Notes under the pieces: generated by a model
The model's database searches: none
Told to the model about the DNA's origin: nothing
Seen by the model: only the letters and a program-made list of their open reading frames with translations
Made by a program: the position numbers and the translations under genes
Shown: positions 38,054 to 53,058 of the stretch, in pieces
Numbering within the stretch: position 1 is the first letter of the stretch
Layout: each line of letters starts with the position of its first letter
From: Antedon mediterranea
Taxonomy: Eukaryota; Animalia; Echinodermata
DNA: 64,000 nt
Assembly: GCF_964355755.1 (NCBI RefSeq)
Contig: NC_092670.1
Span: forward strand, 2,098,201-2,162,200
Direction: 5' to 3'

Positions 38054-41000
38054 ATGACTTTCTTCAGCAAGACTTCAACGTTGCTTTTGACGTGTTTTAT
38101 AGGATTTTTAGCTCTTCTTTTCAACTGTATTGCCATGTCTACGAATTATTGGACTTCAACAAATTTTCAAGGATCCGCTGAAATATACTACACGAGTAAT
38201 AATTATTCTGATGTTTTTACAAGGCCTCTAATAAAAAACCGAGGACTCTGGAAATATTGTGAATTCGTTTATATTGCGCCCGTGCCCGTACCAACAAATG
38301 CTAGCTTAGTAGGGCAGCAGACTACACGAATTCCAGACCAACAAGGGCCAGACCCGGCGGTCTCCCCTGAGCCTGGTATGTCTTTGAATTATAATAAAGG
38401 TGGTGGTGGTAGTGGAAACATTTCTTCAAATATTTTGGCCACTTCAAGTGGTGGTACGGGGGATGAAAGTAAGATTTGTTGTCGTTAAAACTGTGCCTAC
38501 GAGTCAGTTTTATCTGAAAAGTTTTAAGTCAAAATTATTATTGTATTTATTACACAAAACAAAATAGTTGCCACGGGAGGTGCTACCAGTACAAAATGTT
38601 AATCTTTCACTTATTTTATTGTCAATATAAACTTTTACCTAAAACTGACAGAAGCACAGTAAATTATGAATGGTGGTATTGTGAATTTTGTGGATTTAGT
38701 GAATGCTTGGTGGTGTATTACATGTTACGCCGTGGTTAGGAATCCGGCACCGGAACTCAACTGCCCACCGTTAGGGAATCCGACACGCACGGCGTACATG
38801 TTAAGTACTGCAGTATAGTATAATAATGTTGTTGTGATGTATGCTTAGTTTTATAGATTATATTAATTTATTATATTTGATTGTAATTGTTTTGTCTGTA
38901 TGATCCATAGCATCCTCTATTGTATGAGTGTCAATTCTGTGTGTCAAAACTCTGACAATAATGCCATAATTATATACAGAAACGTATATAAAAATATGAA
39001 CAAATCGGGAAATATTTGAGAATGAGAAAAAGCCACTCAAACTGAGATTTAAGCTCAGAACATTTTCTATACTTGGTGGTTTGGAGTTTCAATGATGCCT
39101 GTCAAATTATATTATTATAACAAGCAGAAGATTCCAGATTTTTTTCCTCTCTCCCCCCTTCCTCTTCCTCCTTTTTTTTTTACCCATTTTAACCTTTTAA
39201 CTTTAAAATGGGAATCTGTGTTATAATAATAATATAGATTTATATAGCAACATACCACAAGAGCCCCCACAAGAGTGCTCAAAGTGCCTTAACAAAAAAA
39301 TGAAATTCAATATACAATATCTCATTGTCTTTGGTAAATATTTTTGAAATATTTTAATTAGGTAATTTTATATTTTGTACTTGTAATATATGCCTCACAT
39401 AGTTTGCGTTATCAGGAAGCAATGTAACAAAAATCAATAATTATTTCTACGCCTTTTACCTTGAAATTGCCAGAAGTCTTTCTTTCTTCCGTAATTAACA
39501 ATTCAATATTGATAACTTCGACAAAGGCCCTTCAGGGTTGTTTTAATGTATAGGTTAAATGATCTGTATTGTAATTGTAAAAATTATAGATTTGTAATAC
39601 TGTGTCAATGTCTCAAGAAGAATACAATATTGAGTTGCTGCAAAGGCCAATATGGCATTTGAATACTTCTTATGAGTGTGGAAAATATTGACAAATAATT
39701 AAGACAAGTTCCTGCCATCATATTTTATTATTATCTAATAAATAAATAGATCTAATGATACTAATAGTGTATACTGAAAACTTTTAAAATAAAGATAAAT
39801 GGTGGTGGTTTGTATTCCTGGATTTCATTTAATGAAAAACATTTTATTATTGTCTACAAAATATGGTTGCACTTCGAGGTATAAATGGAAACTATAAATG
39901 GAAACTAACTATAAAATCTTGGTTTTTATCTAGGTAGGTAAGTATTCAAGCACCGTACTGACTTTGAGTATGGACCCACCCTGGATAAAACATCCCACTT
40001 TTGAAAGGTGTGGGCTTTTATTTGATTCGGGAAGCATGAATTTCATGACAATTTTAACTTTTTATAATTTCTTTTTTAGCGTATGAAGTATGTAAAAAGT
40101 ATAACACAACTGTATACATTCCTGATGTCATTCCTGCACAGTGCCAGTCATATTATAACACATTGTTTCGTAAGTACTGGTGTTTAGTAATTCAGTTCAA
40201 ACTTAAGTGTATAAGGCCACCATTGTGCCTATACATGTGTCTGAAGCAAATGTGATGTTACGCAAAATGATATCTATCACTTTGTGATGTATGTAATGTA
40301 ACAAAAACTTTATATCAACTAGTATAACACTTGAATCATCTACTGTTTAATGTTGATTGCAAGCCAGTTGTCAGCCTAGTTGAAACGATCTGTAATACAC
40401 AAAGATCATACCCTAGGGTGCAACGGCAATTAAAATCACCTAGCGGCAAATCAATCCATTCACCAGCTTGAGATATCGTTGACTCGCGTCGTTCACCCTA
40501 GGCTTTCAATTACGCGTGTGTGTGTGTGTACAAACACGGCATGTGTTTGGTAATTGGATCCATGGACTGATTCCTTCGTGTGGAAGTACTCAGTTGGGAA
40601 TGATAACATAAGATCAGCTGAGCTTTACTCTTACGCTTGAACGCACAAGTTATCTTTTACGCTTGAATGCACAAATCATCTTTTGAAATGAAGTTGATAG
40701 TTATTGATCATTGATATCGTCATCATTTTCGTCGTGGTGAGAAGATGGCATGATTCGACGGAAGTAGATAACGAACGGTGGCTGATGGACATTGAATTTG
40801 TGCACAGTCAATAAAATCATTATCAGTCTTCTTATTAAACATTTATTATTATCAAAAAAAGAAAACTGCTAAGGGTGTACTGTTAATGATGAAAAAAGAA
40901 TTGTTGCACAATAGTAACAAGGAATTTATTGCGAGAAAAAGTGTCTCTGTATAGTGACTTAATCTACAATAGAGTTGTACAAATGGATCTTTTACTTTAA

Positions 41001-44000
41001 AAGTAAATACAGTACATTGGCAATAATAAGAAATCAAATCTACAAACAGAACAATGATAATGATTTAGATACAAAAAAGCAAAACGCTGAATAAAAAAAT
41101 TTGTCAAAACCATGCTTTTGTAAAAAATAAACTAAAAAAGTACTATTCCTTCATCATCAAAATAAAATTTATATAAAGTATATCCCTATATTTATACCTC
41201 TCAGATCAGATAAAATATTTGTAAAATTTCAATTTTTTTTCGCAAAAAATTCTAGTTTAAACATCATTTTTGGCTTCATTAACTGCTTGACTGTAAATTG
41301 CCATATTTACAAGTTGTGTGAGAAATTCCCCCGGAAGCTAGCAATTATCCATCATTATTCTGTCACATTGCAGACAAATTCTGTTTCTAAACGTGAATGA
41401 TTTATATATTCATTCAATATTAATACACTACATGTGTTTTTTATATGCTCTTTCGTGATGATTTTCTTGGTTCATCATATCGTTTTAAACTGTCCAATTA
41501 TATCCTCTTTTGTTTTCACCTCGTTTCCTACTGAACTTTAATTTATCATTATTGTTTCTATAAAGAACTACATTCCAATTTTCTTTTTAAAATTACGCAA
41601 ATCAACATACCAATTATACTAAGTTTGATATCATAAAAAAAAAATTAAGTGGTGTGTTTGTTCCAAGAAAAGGGAACAATCTCTATTCAAAACATTAGGT
41701 TATCAAAGGAATCTGAAAAGGTCGTCCGGTCTTACCAACCGTACTTGTGTCCATGATTTAATGTGTGAAAAAGAAAATTCTCACTTTTTTTCAAAAGTTC
41801 ATAATTGTCTGTTCTCTCCTTCACTTTTTAAATGTACTATTGTTATATATTTTGTTGTCATTATGCCATTTCAAGAATGGAGACCTTACTAAATCCACTC
41901 TATTACACACATGCCCCTATGAATGGCTCTGTGGGATAGCCATTTAGATGTTTCTTCACGAGGACACATCACCAGCTATACCATCATCATAAACATTATA
42001 ATATCTGTATGCTGTTACTAATTATACTACTGAAATGCACATCATGAAATATACCATTATATACTACATTGAAATCATATGATACCATAGCAGACAATTA
42101 CAGAAACACAGTATGGGACCACTGGCACTGAAGACAGCTGATGTAAGAAAGCTCAGTTGTTTATCTAGTTGATTAGCACATCATTATTCTGCTGTTCTGA
42201 AGTAAAGATGATAACGCTAACAAAAATCAGTCTTTTTTCCAAAAATTAAAACCTAGTTAAGATAAAAATTAAAATATAATTAAGATAAAAATTAAAATAT
42301 TATTAGGATAAAAATTGAAATATAATTAGGATAAAAATTAAAATATTATTATTTATACAAAATAATAGTATAAGTAAATTAATCAACTTAATACGATATA
42401 CTATAGTTTCTTGACCTGTTTTATTACGTCAAGAAACAAATTATTAATTTCATGTTTGGACTGAATTTTTTTTGTATGAAAGGCAATTACAATAAAAAAA
42501 CTATTGTGATGTACCAACATGACAATGATAGTTTTAGTTGGTTGCTGTTTACACACCTTGGATCAACAGAAGAACAATTTTTCTTTAAACTGAATTTGAT
42601 CATTTTAAAAAGACAAAAGTTTAATATACAGCTTCAAAATTTGTTGAGAGGTGATGTGAAAATTGACAATTTCTTATTTGGCCTCATTAAACAGGCTATT
42701 ATGTTGATTAATTGATTGATAATTTTTATTTTCATTATATTAATTATAAGAAAAAGAAATGTTGATTTTATGCAGAGTTATAACAATTGGTTAAGCAGCA
42801 AGAGCTCTTTTAAAATCTTACTGTTTTTCAGTATCAATAATCACAATCTAATAAGAATAGAATAGGAATAGAATAGGAATAGAATATGCTTTCATTAATA
42901 TCTAATATAGACGACTGGCAATATGTTGGATTAACACGTTTGTTTGCTATCGATTGATTTATTTTCTCCAGGGAGTTGTTTAGATGTTGAGGTCAAACAA
43001 TCGTGGTAATAATGCGATTCCAAAATTGTGTGTTAATTTCGCGGATCGTGTCTATTGATTTAAATTGTATAGTAATTTCTCGATAGTAGGCCTATATTGT
43101 ATGCAATCAAAAGCCCTGGGCTTACCCATCATTCATGGTTGGTTTAAAAGTCTTGTTTTCTACCTGCATTTTGAATAGTAAAAATAAATTGGATGCCATA
43201 AAATCCTTCAATAAAATCAGGTTTTGTGAGTTGTTTGGGCGTTCAATTTTGCGATATTATTGACTGGTCCTCTTTCTTCAGTCTAATATGTATTGAATTC
43301 TTTAATATTTACTGTTATCATCCAAAATATCCAGTTTAGGGTCTACATTATGCAATAAGGTTGGAACCATAAATTATTAATGCTTTGTTTTTTACAGTCC
43401 TAATTCTAAAATACTCTTTGAAATTTGCGAATTCCAATCTTTTTAATATGTAATAAAATGTTCAAATCATAATACTCGGTAATCACAAGTTTATTACAAT
43501 AATCAAAACCAGAATAGAATTCGCTGAGCTTTTTTCCGTGAAGCAATGCATGGATTTAACATTGTATCAAATGCCCTAACGTTGTCACGTCAGTCACTAT
43601 AAATAGTGATTAATGCCATTCTATGCTACTATGCATATTTAGCCAATGGAATCAATGTCTGATATAGACAGTTTGTATCAAGCTAAAAGCAAAATCATGT
43701 TATCACTACATTATATACCTTTTTCTCAATTTGGAAAGTTATAAAAAATAGTTGTTTTCCCCCATTTTAAAAGAACTTCCAATAAGAGTTACCAGCAGCC
43801 TGAATCATTAATTAAATCCGGATTTTTAAAGCAAAGGCTGTCTCCCAATCATCGTCTCTTGTCTTCATGACACCTCACCTCACGTCTCTTTTCTTTTATC
43901 TTTCACATTTCACACACTTCAACTTTCCTCTTCTCTCTTTAATTCTTATACAGATTTATATAATAATATAACATATAATAATAATGATAAATGAAAACAT

Positions 44001-47000
44001 ATATGGCACCGGTATCCCCCACCCATGTGGAGCTCATGGCGCTTTGTGCATTAACAACATGCGAGAACATCAACGAATAGCGACGTCTTTAGTTTGGTCT
44101 TGAAACTGTTTAGACTAGTGGAGCATTTAACTATTGCTGGTAATATGTCATACTCCTCCTTACACCCACATTTGGCCTCCTTTCCCATTTATCCTCACAC
44201 TCACATCATATCATTTATTTCGCCAATATACCGAACAGTACAAAAAAAACAATACAAAAGTAAGGCAATGAGGCCGGATAACCTAAAAGTTATAAATAAA
44301 AATAACCGTCGAGAGGCTCTCCACATCGAAATACTTACATAAAATGAATAATACATGGATTCTATTAAAATTGAGATAAAACTATAAAATTCAGCAATGG
44401 GTTTTTATAAAAAAATTTTAATTTAAAAAGATAGAATTAAGAAAATATCTTTAAAATATACATATGTTCAGATTAAAACAGATTATTAAAATATTTCTTA
44501 AGGCTATGCTTAAAACAGTTTATATTAATTAAAAGTTGGTCGCAGAGATCCACAGGCACACTCATCTTCTGTCCCTAATTCATCCATACAGATATCACCT
44601 ATCCTCCTCACTATCTCATTTTCTCCTACCTTCCCACAATTTATATTTCTTCTTCCCTTTGAAAATAAGATTTATTATTGAGAGTGATTTTTTTAAAGAA
44701 TATATTCTCATTATACTACTATATCATTAGCCTTGAAGTTGATTCTCCATAATAACTGAATTTCTTTCCAATAATCTTTATTTGATGCAATTGCATCTTG
44801 AAATGAGCTTTGTCAGGAAATTAGCATATTGTTCAAATCAAAGATAATTTAAAAATACAATTCCTACAGAAGATTGCCAGTTAGTAGCAGGATTATGTGC
44901 TGATTATTTTCACTAAAGAAATATTATATATTGAATAAATTATGCAAATTAGCAACCTGACCCCAATATGATTTCAGACATTTATAAGCGATGCTTTTAT
45001 TTGAATTAGATGTTTTCCTTTTTACTATATTGTCACTGTTCATTTATCAATCATTATTTCATTGTTCAAGTGTGTTTCGATGTCTACTATTTTTCTGCGA
45101 AATATAGGCATCTCTAGTATGAGTTTTCTGAATAATTTATAAATTATTATATCAAAATATTTTATAAATCATTTGTAAGTTTATATTGAGTTGTAGTGAT
45201 CTGATTGATATGATTTTGTGTGAAAATAAAACTACTCTCAGACTCTGTTTTTCAAGCTCTATTCCAACAATGATGTATCTTTGTTGCGTACACTCCAAAT
45301 ATATTTTCCTTATTCTTGGCATGTCTATGAAAAAATTGAAAATGTCAACAGCAACTGGAAAATTTGTGAAAAACCTACTTTATCTACTAATCTTGACTCA
45401 GTGAAGCGTATTTTGAATTTTGTTTGAATTGAATAAAAGTAATACAATAAAATACTGCAATTGTTCATGTTTTATAAAGGTTTAGTGGACTTTGAATTCT
45501 GCTATTTATATTTTAAACAAATTCATTGTGTTTCAAAAACACAATGCATTTGTTTAAAATATATCTGGTTGTAGAAAACTTGTTTTGGTACAGTGACTTC
45601 CACCAACAACTCTAAATCCCAAGGTCAGATATGTTTACTAGTTAGTAAAATATATAACTCAACATTGACAACATGATTGACTTCATATTTATCTTCAATA
45701 AACTCTGCTTTATGAACTATTTATTTCAAAGAGCTACTTTATAAACACCGTATGATATTTTCAAAGGCTTAATTTGACATTAATGACATTATTTAATTCT
45801 ACTTTATTTTGATAGGTTTGTCGTCGTTTGGGCGTTTGATTGTCCTGATACATAACATATGTTTACATTGGAAACATTCATTCTTGAAGAGAACAAATAG
45901 AGTAGTATTCACGTTGGCCTTCCTTATTTTCAGAATTGTTATTTGAATTGAATTCATTTTTATCAAAAATAGATGTTCTCTTTCGAATGTATATTGTATT
46001 ATTGATTTTTTCTAGCAAAAAATGCTTATTTTTAAAGTAATTTAATTGTCAGTTTTATCAGCTAATACACTAGTAGCTTGCATATAGCTTGTGCCATATG
46101 TTTCTTTAGTTCTATCTATATTCCTTTGTGTACCTATAACCAATAGCATTTCAAGGTACGACATTCTACACAGCAGCTTTTGTTTTTTAAATCTGAATTT
46201 TAACATCTATTTATAAATGTTAAGGCATCATGGTAAATAGGCTTCACTGTGAAATTAAATTACACGTTGTAGAACCATACATCCAAGTGAATGACTTGAA
46301 ACACTTTTTCTCCCTTGTTCAAAATGAATATTTATAAGTTACTATTTTATAATAATTTAGACCCATGATTTTTTTTTAACCACATGAAACATTTGGAAAA
46401 TTATATTATTTTTTGATACAACTAAACTAAATACATATGAAGATCTGCATTGTTTTACATTTTCCAAATGCAATCTTTCTATTTATGAAACAAATAGTCA
46501 TTGAAGATTCACAATAGTCAAAATTGTGTTCATATACTGTATATTAGGTTATTAGAGAGAATTAAAAAAACTTTTTATCTACTTTACTTCTGGCCTAGAT
46601 TTGTCAAATGTTGATTTAGAAGGTATACAGTAGGTACTTACGTTAACAAGTAATTTCGTATTAATGTAATACGAGTAAGAATTCAAATTAAGTCCTAATT
46701 TAGAACATAAAAGTTTCCAAGAAGATCATTGAAATAATACCTCACAGACAGCATAATCACAGAATGGAACATTGATGCTAATAATGATATCGCCATTTAA
46801 TTTCTCTTTTGTTAAGGAAATTATTATCGACACACAAAAATGTCTTTCTGATAATTATTAAGGGAAAATTATCAGCTTATATACGGCCATACTGCGTTGA
46901 AACACCGGTTCTCGTCAGATCACCGAAGTTAAGCAACGTTGGGCCCGGTTGCGTTCTGGATGGGAGACCGTCTAGAAATCGTGGCGGGTGCTGTATATAC

Positions 47001-50000
47001 TGGAGAGTGATGGTGTAATGGTAATATCGAACTAGCATGTGATAGGCATGGGTTCGAGGTTATCTGTACCATACTAATTGCATCCTTAGGCAAGATGCTT
47101 TACTCTCATTGCCTAATCTGGTAGGCACTGCACTGCTGGCTGCCGTGGGTCCGTGGAGGGCCTAATCCGAATTTCCTCACTGAGGACAAAATATTAATAT
47201 ACAAAATACAAAACTGCGTATTTGATAAGTAGAGAATTATTCTGTAATTATAAGTTATAACGTGTATACATTTCATTTCTTGAATAATGTATGTTTCAAT
47301 ACAACGTAGCATAACAACAGGTTTCTATCAAGAAAATGTAAACTCATAAATTTGTCTACTTTGGATAAGAATAAATTATCGTTTCTAATACTGGATTTCT
47401 GAAACATTTTGTAACACAGAAACATGCGTTGTAAATCTTCTAATTGCAGTATTATTACCAGAATTTTGAATTACTATGCTAAAATCCTTGCCACATGCTG
47501 GCATGACCTGTTTGTATTGTTCAGGCCTTAAAAAAACTGAATTAAAAGCAAGTCATATCAGCTGCTGTTCAGTAACAGAAACCATGCATTTTATATTTGG
47601 AAAGCTCTCTACGTGTTTACGTAATGAAATTTACTATAGAAATAAAGTAAAACCAAAGTATTAACTGTTTAGGCATGGAGGTATACTGTTTGAAATGGTT
47701 GTTTTTTCCATATGAACATATTTTGAAATACTGTAAACAGCATTTGGTTAAAACTAAATACGAAGATACCATTTTTTTTATTATGTTGGGGAAAAAAATG
47801 GGACATGTCTGCCCACTGTAATCATCCTCTTTCTCAATGGGACATATGTCTGCCCACTGTAATCATCCTCTTTCTCAATGGGACATATGTCTGCCCACTG
47901 TAATCATCCTCTTTCTCAATGGGACATATGTCTGCCCACTGTAATCATCCTCTTTCTCAATGGGACATATGTCTGCCCACTGTAATCATCCTCTTTCTCA
48001 ATGGGACATATGTCTGCCCACTGTAATCATCCTCTTTCTCAATGGGACATATGTCTGCCCACTGTAATCATCCTCTTTCTCAATTGGACATATGTCTGCC
48101 CACTGTAATCATCCTCTTTCTCAATGGGACATATGTCTGCCCACTGTAATCATCCTCTTTCTCAATGGGACATATGTCTGCCCACTGTAATCATCCTCTT
48201 TCTCAATGGGACATATGTCTGCCCACTGTAATCATCCTCTTTCTCAATGGGACATATGTCTGCTCACTGTAATCATCCTCTTTCTCAATGGGACATATGT
48301 CTGCCCACTGTAATCATCCTCTTTCTCAATGGGACATATGTCTGCCCACTGTAATCATCCTCTTTCTCAATGGGACATATGTCTGCCCACTGTAATCATC
48401 CTCTTTCTCAATGGGACATATGTCTGCTCACTGTAATCATCCTCTTTCTCAATGGGACATATGTCTGCCCACTGTAATCATCCTCTTTCTCAATGGGACA
48501 TATGTCTGCCCACTGTAATCATCCTCTTTCTCAATGGGACATATGTCTGCCCACTGTAATCATCCTCTTTCTCAATGGGACATATGTCTGCCCACTGTAA
48601 TCATCCTCTTTCTCAATGGGACATATGTCTGCCCACTGTAATCATCCTCTTTCTCAATGGGACATATGTCTGCCCACTGTAATCATCCTCTTTCTCAATG
48701 GGACATATGTCTGCTCACTGTAATCATCCTCTTTCTCAATGGGACATATGTCTGCCCACTGTAATCATCCTCTTTCTCAATGGGACATATGTCTGCCCAC
48801 TGTAATCATCCTCTTTCTCAATGGGACATATGTCTGCCCACTGTAATCATCCTCTTTCTCAATGGGACATATGTCTGCTCACTGTAATCATCCTCTTTCT
48901 CAATGGGACATATGTCTGCCCACTGTAATCATCCTCTTTCTCAATGGGACATATGTCTGCCCACTGTAATCATCCTCTTTCTCAATGGGACATATGTCTG
49001 CCCACTGTAATCATCCTCTTTCTCAATGGGACATATGTCTGCCCACTGTAATCATCCTCTTTCTCAATGGGACATATGTCTGCCCACTGTAATCATCCTC
49101 TTTCTCAATGGGACATATGTCTGCCCACTGTAATCATCCTCTTTCTCAATGGGACATATGTCTGCCCACTGTAATCATCCTTTTTCTCATACAACTTGGA
49201 ATCTCTACTACTGTATGATTTTATTTAATCTTTCTTTATTCTGAAATAGACTTTCAATACAATGTACTGATTTCCAAAGTGGTTCAGTTCTTAACTACAT
49301 AAATGTAAACAAAATACAGTATATAAATGGACAAAAGAAAATATAAAATTAAACCTAAAATTGTCAAAAATCAAATTAACACAATTAAAGTAAGCACATT
49401 TAAAGGTAGAAACAAAAATAATTGAGATTTTTAAACAAGATAAAAGAAATTTTAATCATTGAGCATTAATTAGATTTAGTTTTTAATTAAAATTAAAGTT
49501 TTGAAATTTGTGATTTGAAGGTTGATACTGTCATATCATAAAGATCATTTTTTATTTTGTTAGGTAGAAAGTTCATAATTTTGTAGATGTGCTTGAGCAA
49601 ACAACAGTAGGCTATATACATCTTTAGCCATCTGTTTTCTAATAATTAAATAATTAGGTAAAGTAAATACTCAAATAACACATCAGCCTGAACAAGTGTT
49701 AATTACGTTAATCAAACATGAATTATGAGGTCATGCCTCCTTGTATCACGCACAACATGATGTCACATAGATCGTTATGCAATCAAATATCTTGAGGTTA
49801 TGCGCATTAAAATTAAATCTGATGTTTGAGACCAGCTGATAGATCAACTTGATGTATACCTACTACAAGGGCCTGTTTCTGCTGCATATGCCGAATAAAT
49901 ACTCCTAAAAACCATTTTAATTCAGTCGCTGATCATTTATAAAATGATGATGTCAATTTGTTCAAGCGGTCAGAAAAGTCTCTAGTTGTGTAATCTATTC

Positions 50001-53000
50001 TACATCCAAAAATAATTATTTAGTTTTTGCCTCTTACTATACTATACGTTGTCTTTATCCAGGCCATAGTTTGAGAGACAATGCAGTAAAAAAAAATGTC
50101 ATTGCATATTAAGTAAATATTATGATTAACCCATCGAAACTTCCTTTCCAAGAAATTAAGCATTCATGCTTCAAAAGTAGATTTTACTTGAAAGTTATTG
50201 CGATCATGATGTGTACATTATTGCTTCAATATATTTGTAGAGTGTTGTATAAACATGCGTCTCGTTTAAAGAAGACAAGTTAATTAAATGATTCACATCG
50301 TTCGTTACATACATAAATTGAGTTTGGGATAAAAACATTTTTAGTTGACATGTTATCTGTTCTAGCGGGCAATGCATTATTTAAAGAGTTTTTTTTTTTC
50401 CTTTTTGTATTTTTAAATTTATTTTCTTAATTTGACAATTTTCTCTAATCTTTTAACAATGTACATTGTATGAGTAGCGAAAAAATAGCCCAGATCAAGT
50501 GTTGAGTGAGCAAAGATAATAAACATTGGAAACAATTAAAAATATACTTGGATAAAATCAAACAAGGGTGATCTCCATAAATAAAGAGACAGAACACATA
50601 ATGGGAACACTTCGATCTATTTGATCATTTTCAGATTCTTTGAGAATACTCAATAAATAAAGTTGAAAATTAGAATAAATAAAGGAATATTGAAGAAAAT
50701 GAGTTGTTAATGGCATACTGTAGCTACAGATCTCACAGACAAACTGACACAATATTATGTGCTATCATGTAAATTACATACTTATTTTAATCACCTTTTC
50801 ATTATATCTTTCTTAGGTCGATATACAACTTGTTTGAATAATAAATTACATTATTTGAAGGTTTTGTTATAATTATAATAATGGAAAAGTGCTAAGTGGA
50901 TAAAGCACCACTGTTAGCAATCATGAAATAGTACACATGAGTTGTCATCGTTTAATTCTAACTATTACTACTTACTTCTACTACTTGAAGAATAATTGTA
51001 CTTTGTCAACTCACACATTCATCATACATTCAAATACGTATGATGTGTTACGAATATATGAACTCTCCTTTATTGTCCTGTTATAGTTGATATAATATTA
51101 TATTTAAAAATTTGAGTTAACGTTAGTATTTATTCATATAATATGAAATAAGTTGAGGATATCTATTTGAGTGCAGAATCTGTTTGGGCTTTAGCCTATT
51201 CTCATTCCTGGTTATTTTTTACATTGATGACCGAATAAATATTATTATTATTATTATTATTATTCAGGGCTCAAAATTTACCCTAGCAAACTACTAATTG
51301 TTTACCTTAGTATTTCTTACTATAGTAAAGTAAAGAGACTTCAAGTAGATATCATACTGAACAATAAGTTATACTTTTATCAAAAAATACAACTCCAAAA
51401 TAATAGCTAGTTTAGCAAGCAACTACGTATTGTTTTTTAGTTGTAATTTTTGAAAATGTAGAACTTATTTTTCAGTCTAGCAAAGTTACTTATTTTGCCA
51501 ATTTCTGTAAATGAATTAATTGCTAGTTGGGTTCTCATTTTGGTAGATATCATACAACTAATTGTTGCCTTTTTATATATGATATTAAAGTTTCTATCAA
51601 CAACATAAAGTTAATAACTTTTTCCATATGGAAACGTGCAAATGTTTTAGCAGTAGATAATCTCCAAATGTTATTGCAATTATTCTCGCACTTAATGACA
51701 AAATAAATGACACGCAAGTTGATGCTCCAAATGTTTGTGAATCATTATAAATAATGTTTCATTTTAAATGAAACATTATTGCAATGTGTTGATAGTCACA
51801 TTTGAACGGTTTTGAAGAGATAGTTAAAAACATATTTTTTATATAAACGCAACTAAATTAGTAATCGAGAATCAAATATTTGACTAATTATTGACAGTTT
51901 GTCGAGTGTGTGGCTCTCCTACACATCAAATGCTGTCAAGAATATCTCAACAATCAAAACCTTTCATAGATAGCAAGTTCAATAGGATAAAATATGATTT
52001 TGTGAAAGTTTAGATATGAGAAAATCTGGTAGAGAGAACAGTAACCACAATTCGGATTCAGACGAGGATAAAGATATATAAATATTGGGTGGTATGATCG
52101 GATCCAAGCAACTATTGAGAATCTTCAAAAATATTTTTTTATTTATATGCACAATATGGTCTAATATAAAAATATATCATGTAGACAATACTAATATGGT
52201 CACTCCCTATTTTTCCAACTTCTGTGATCATGTTGAAAATAATTGATTATTTGTGTTTCTTCACAGAATTGGAAAAAATGTCTGGGATTTGTCTATGTAT
52301 TGCCATTGGTCTTCAGTTCTTTGGCGTCCTCAGCAGTTTCCAAGCGACATACACAATGTCAGTCACACTCTTTACAGACTGTGGTATAATGTTTCTTTTT
52401 GGAGGTAAGCTCCGTTCTGTTCTGCCTGGTTAGGTTTGGGGTACTTAGGGCTATTAACTTCAGGGTGGATGTGCCCTTTTATTTCACCACTGATCAGTCA
52501 CTATTGATGTACTACGTTGTGGCAACTTGGAGAGGCCCTAATACTCTCTAAAAAAAAACATCAAAAACATCACTCCAGATGTAAACCGCCAAGATCTAAC
52601 CACCCTCATGTAAAACGCCTGACGTGTATACTTGGAAACCAAACAAGAAATATAGTGGAAAGTCATTCAACATTTTTATCTTTATTTTCCAGTCATTAAA
52701 ATAGTGGAACATTTCATATATCATTTGTATATAATATCATATTTTCATATCATAATTTTGTTTCTTTTTTTCAGCTGTTGCAGTCCTGTTATCTACAAGT
52801 CTCTTCATAGTCACAATAACATATGAGTACAACGAACAACCGCGTCAATACGTCGTGTTCCCGCAGGATTACAGCGTCATGTATCACTACTCGTTTTTTC
52901 TAGCCTGGAGTTCGTTTATCCTGACATCAACAGCTGGAACGTTTTACCTCTTAATTGCACGAGCCTTCAAAATGGAGACACTTCACGAAGTCCCGGTGGA

Positions 53001-53058
53001 TAAAACGGTTCGACGAGACTCTACGTCTGTTAACTCACGGAATAAAACAAAAGCTTGA
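38054..53058 (+). CDS. Claudin/PMP22/EMP-superfamily four-TM protein, 277 aa. Exons 38054-38375, 40080-40169, 52267-52404, 52775-53058
   Basis: TM1 followed by STNYW..GLWKYC..C signature; three further hydrophobic helices; YHYSFFLAW before TM4. All introns are phase-1 GT-AG; total 834 nt in frame. Confidence 0.88.
46879..47166 (+). mobile_element. 5S rRNA + tRNA chimeric SINE (Deu-SINE-like), internally deleted
   Basis: 5S-like TACGGCCATACTGCGTTGAAACACCGGTTCTCGTCAGATCACCGAAGTTAAGCAAC..GGATGGGAGACC..GTGCTGTA; then tRNA-like TGGTGTAATGG..GGGTTCGAG; then CCTTAGGCAAG core. No oligo-T terminator after the 5S part. Confidence 0.8.
47797..49189. repeat. 41-bp minisatellite, ~34 near-identical copies
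   Basis: Unit AATGGGACATATGTCTGCCCACTGTAATCATCCTCTTTCTC; rare C>T variant (GCTCAC). Confidence 0.97.

Noticed and set aside
40370-40820. CpG-richer island ending in AATAAA, possible ncRNA or retroelement
   Set aside because: No ORF, TIR, TSD or second copy within the window.
42850-46300. Possible ancient LINE remnants in claudin-like intron 2
   Set aside because: Only vague compositional hints and an (AATAG)n run; no motif I could translate with confidence.
46879-46995. Functional 5S rRNA gene
   Set aside because: Diverged 3' part, no oligo-T terminator, and fused to a SINE body shared with the 62501-62873 copy.
47797-49189. CRISPR array (41-bp repeat with a palindrome)
   Set aside because: Head-to-tail copies with no spacers.
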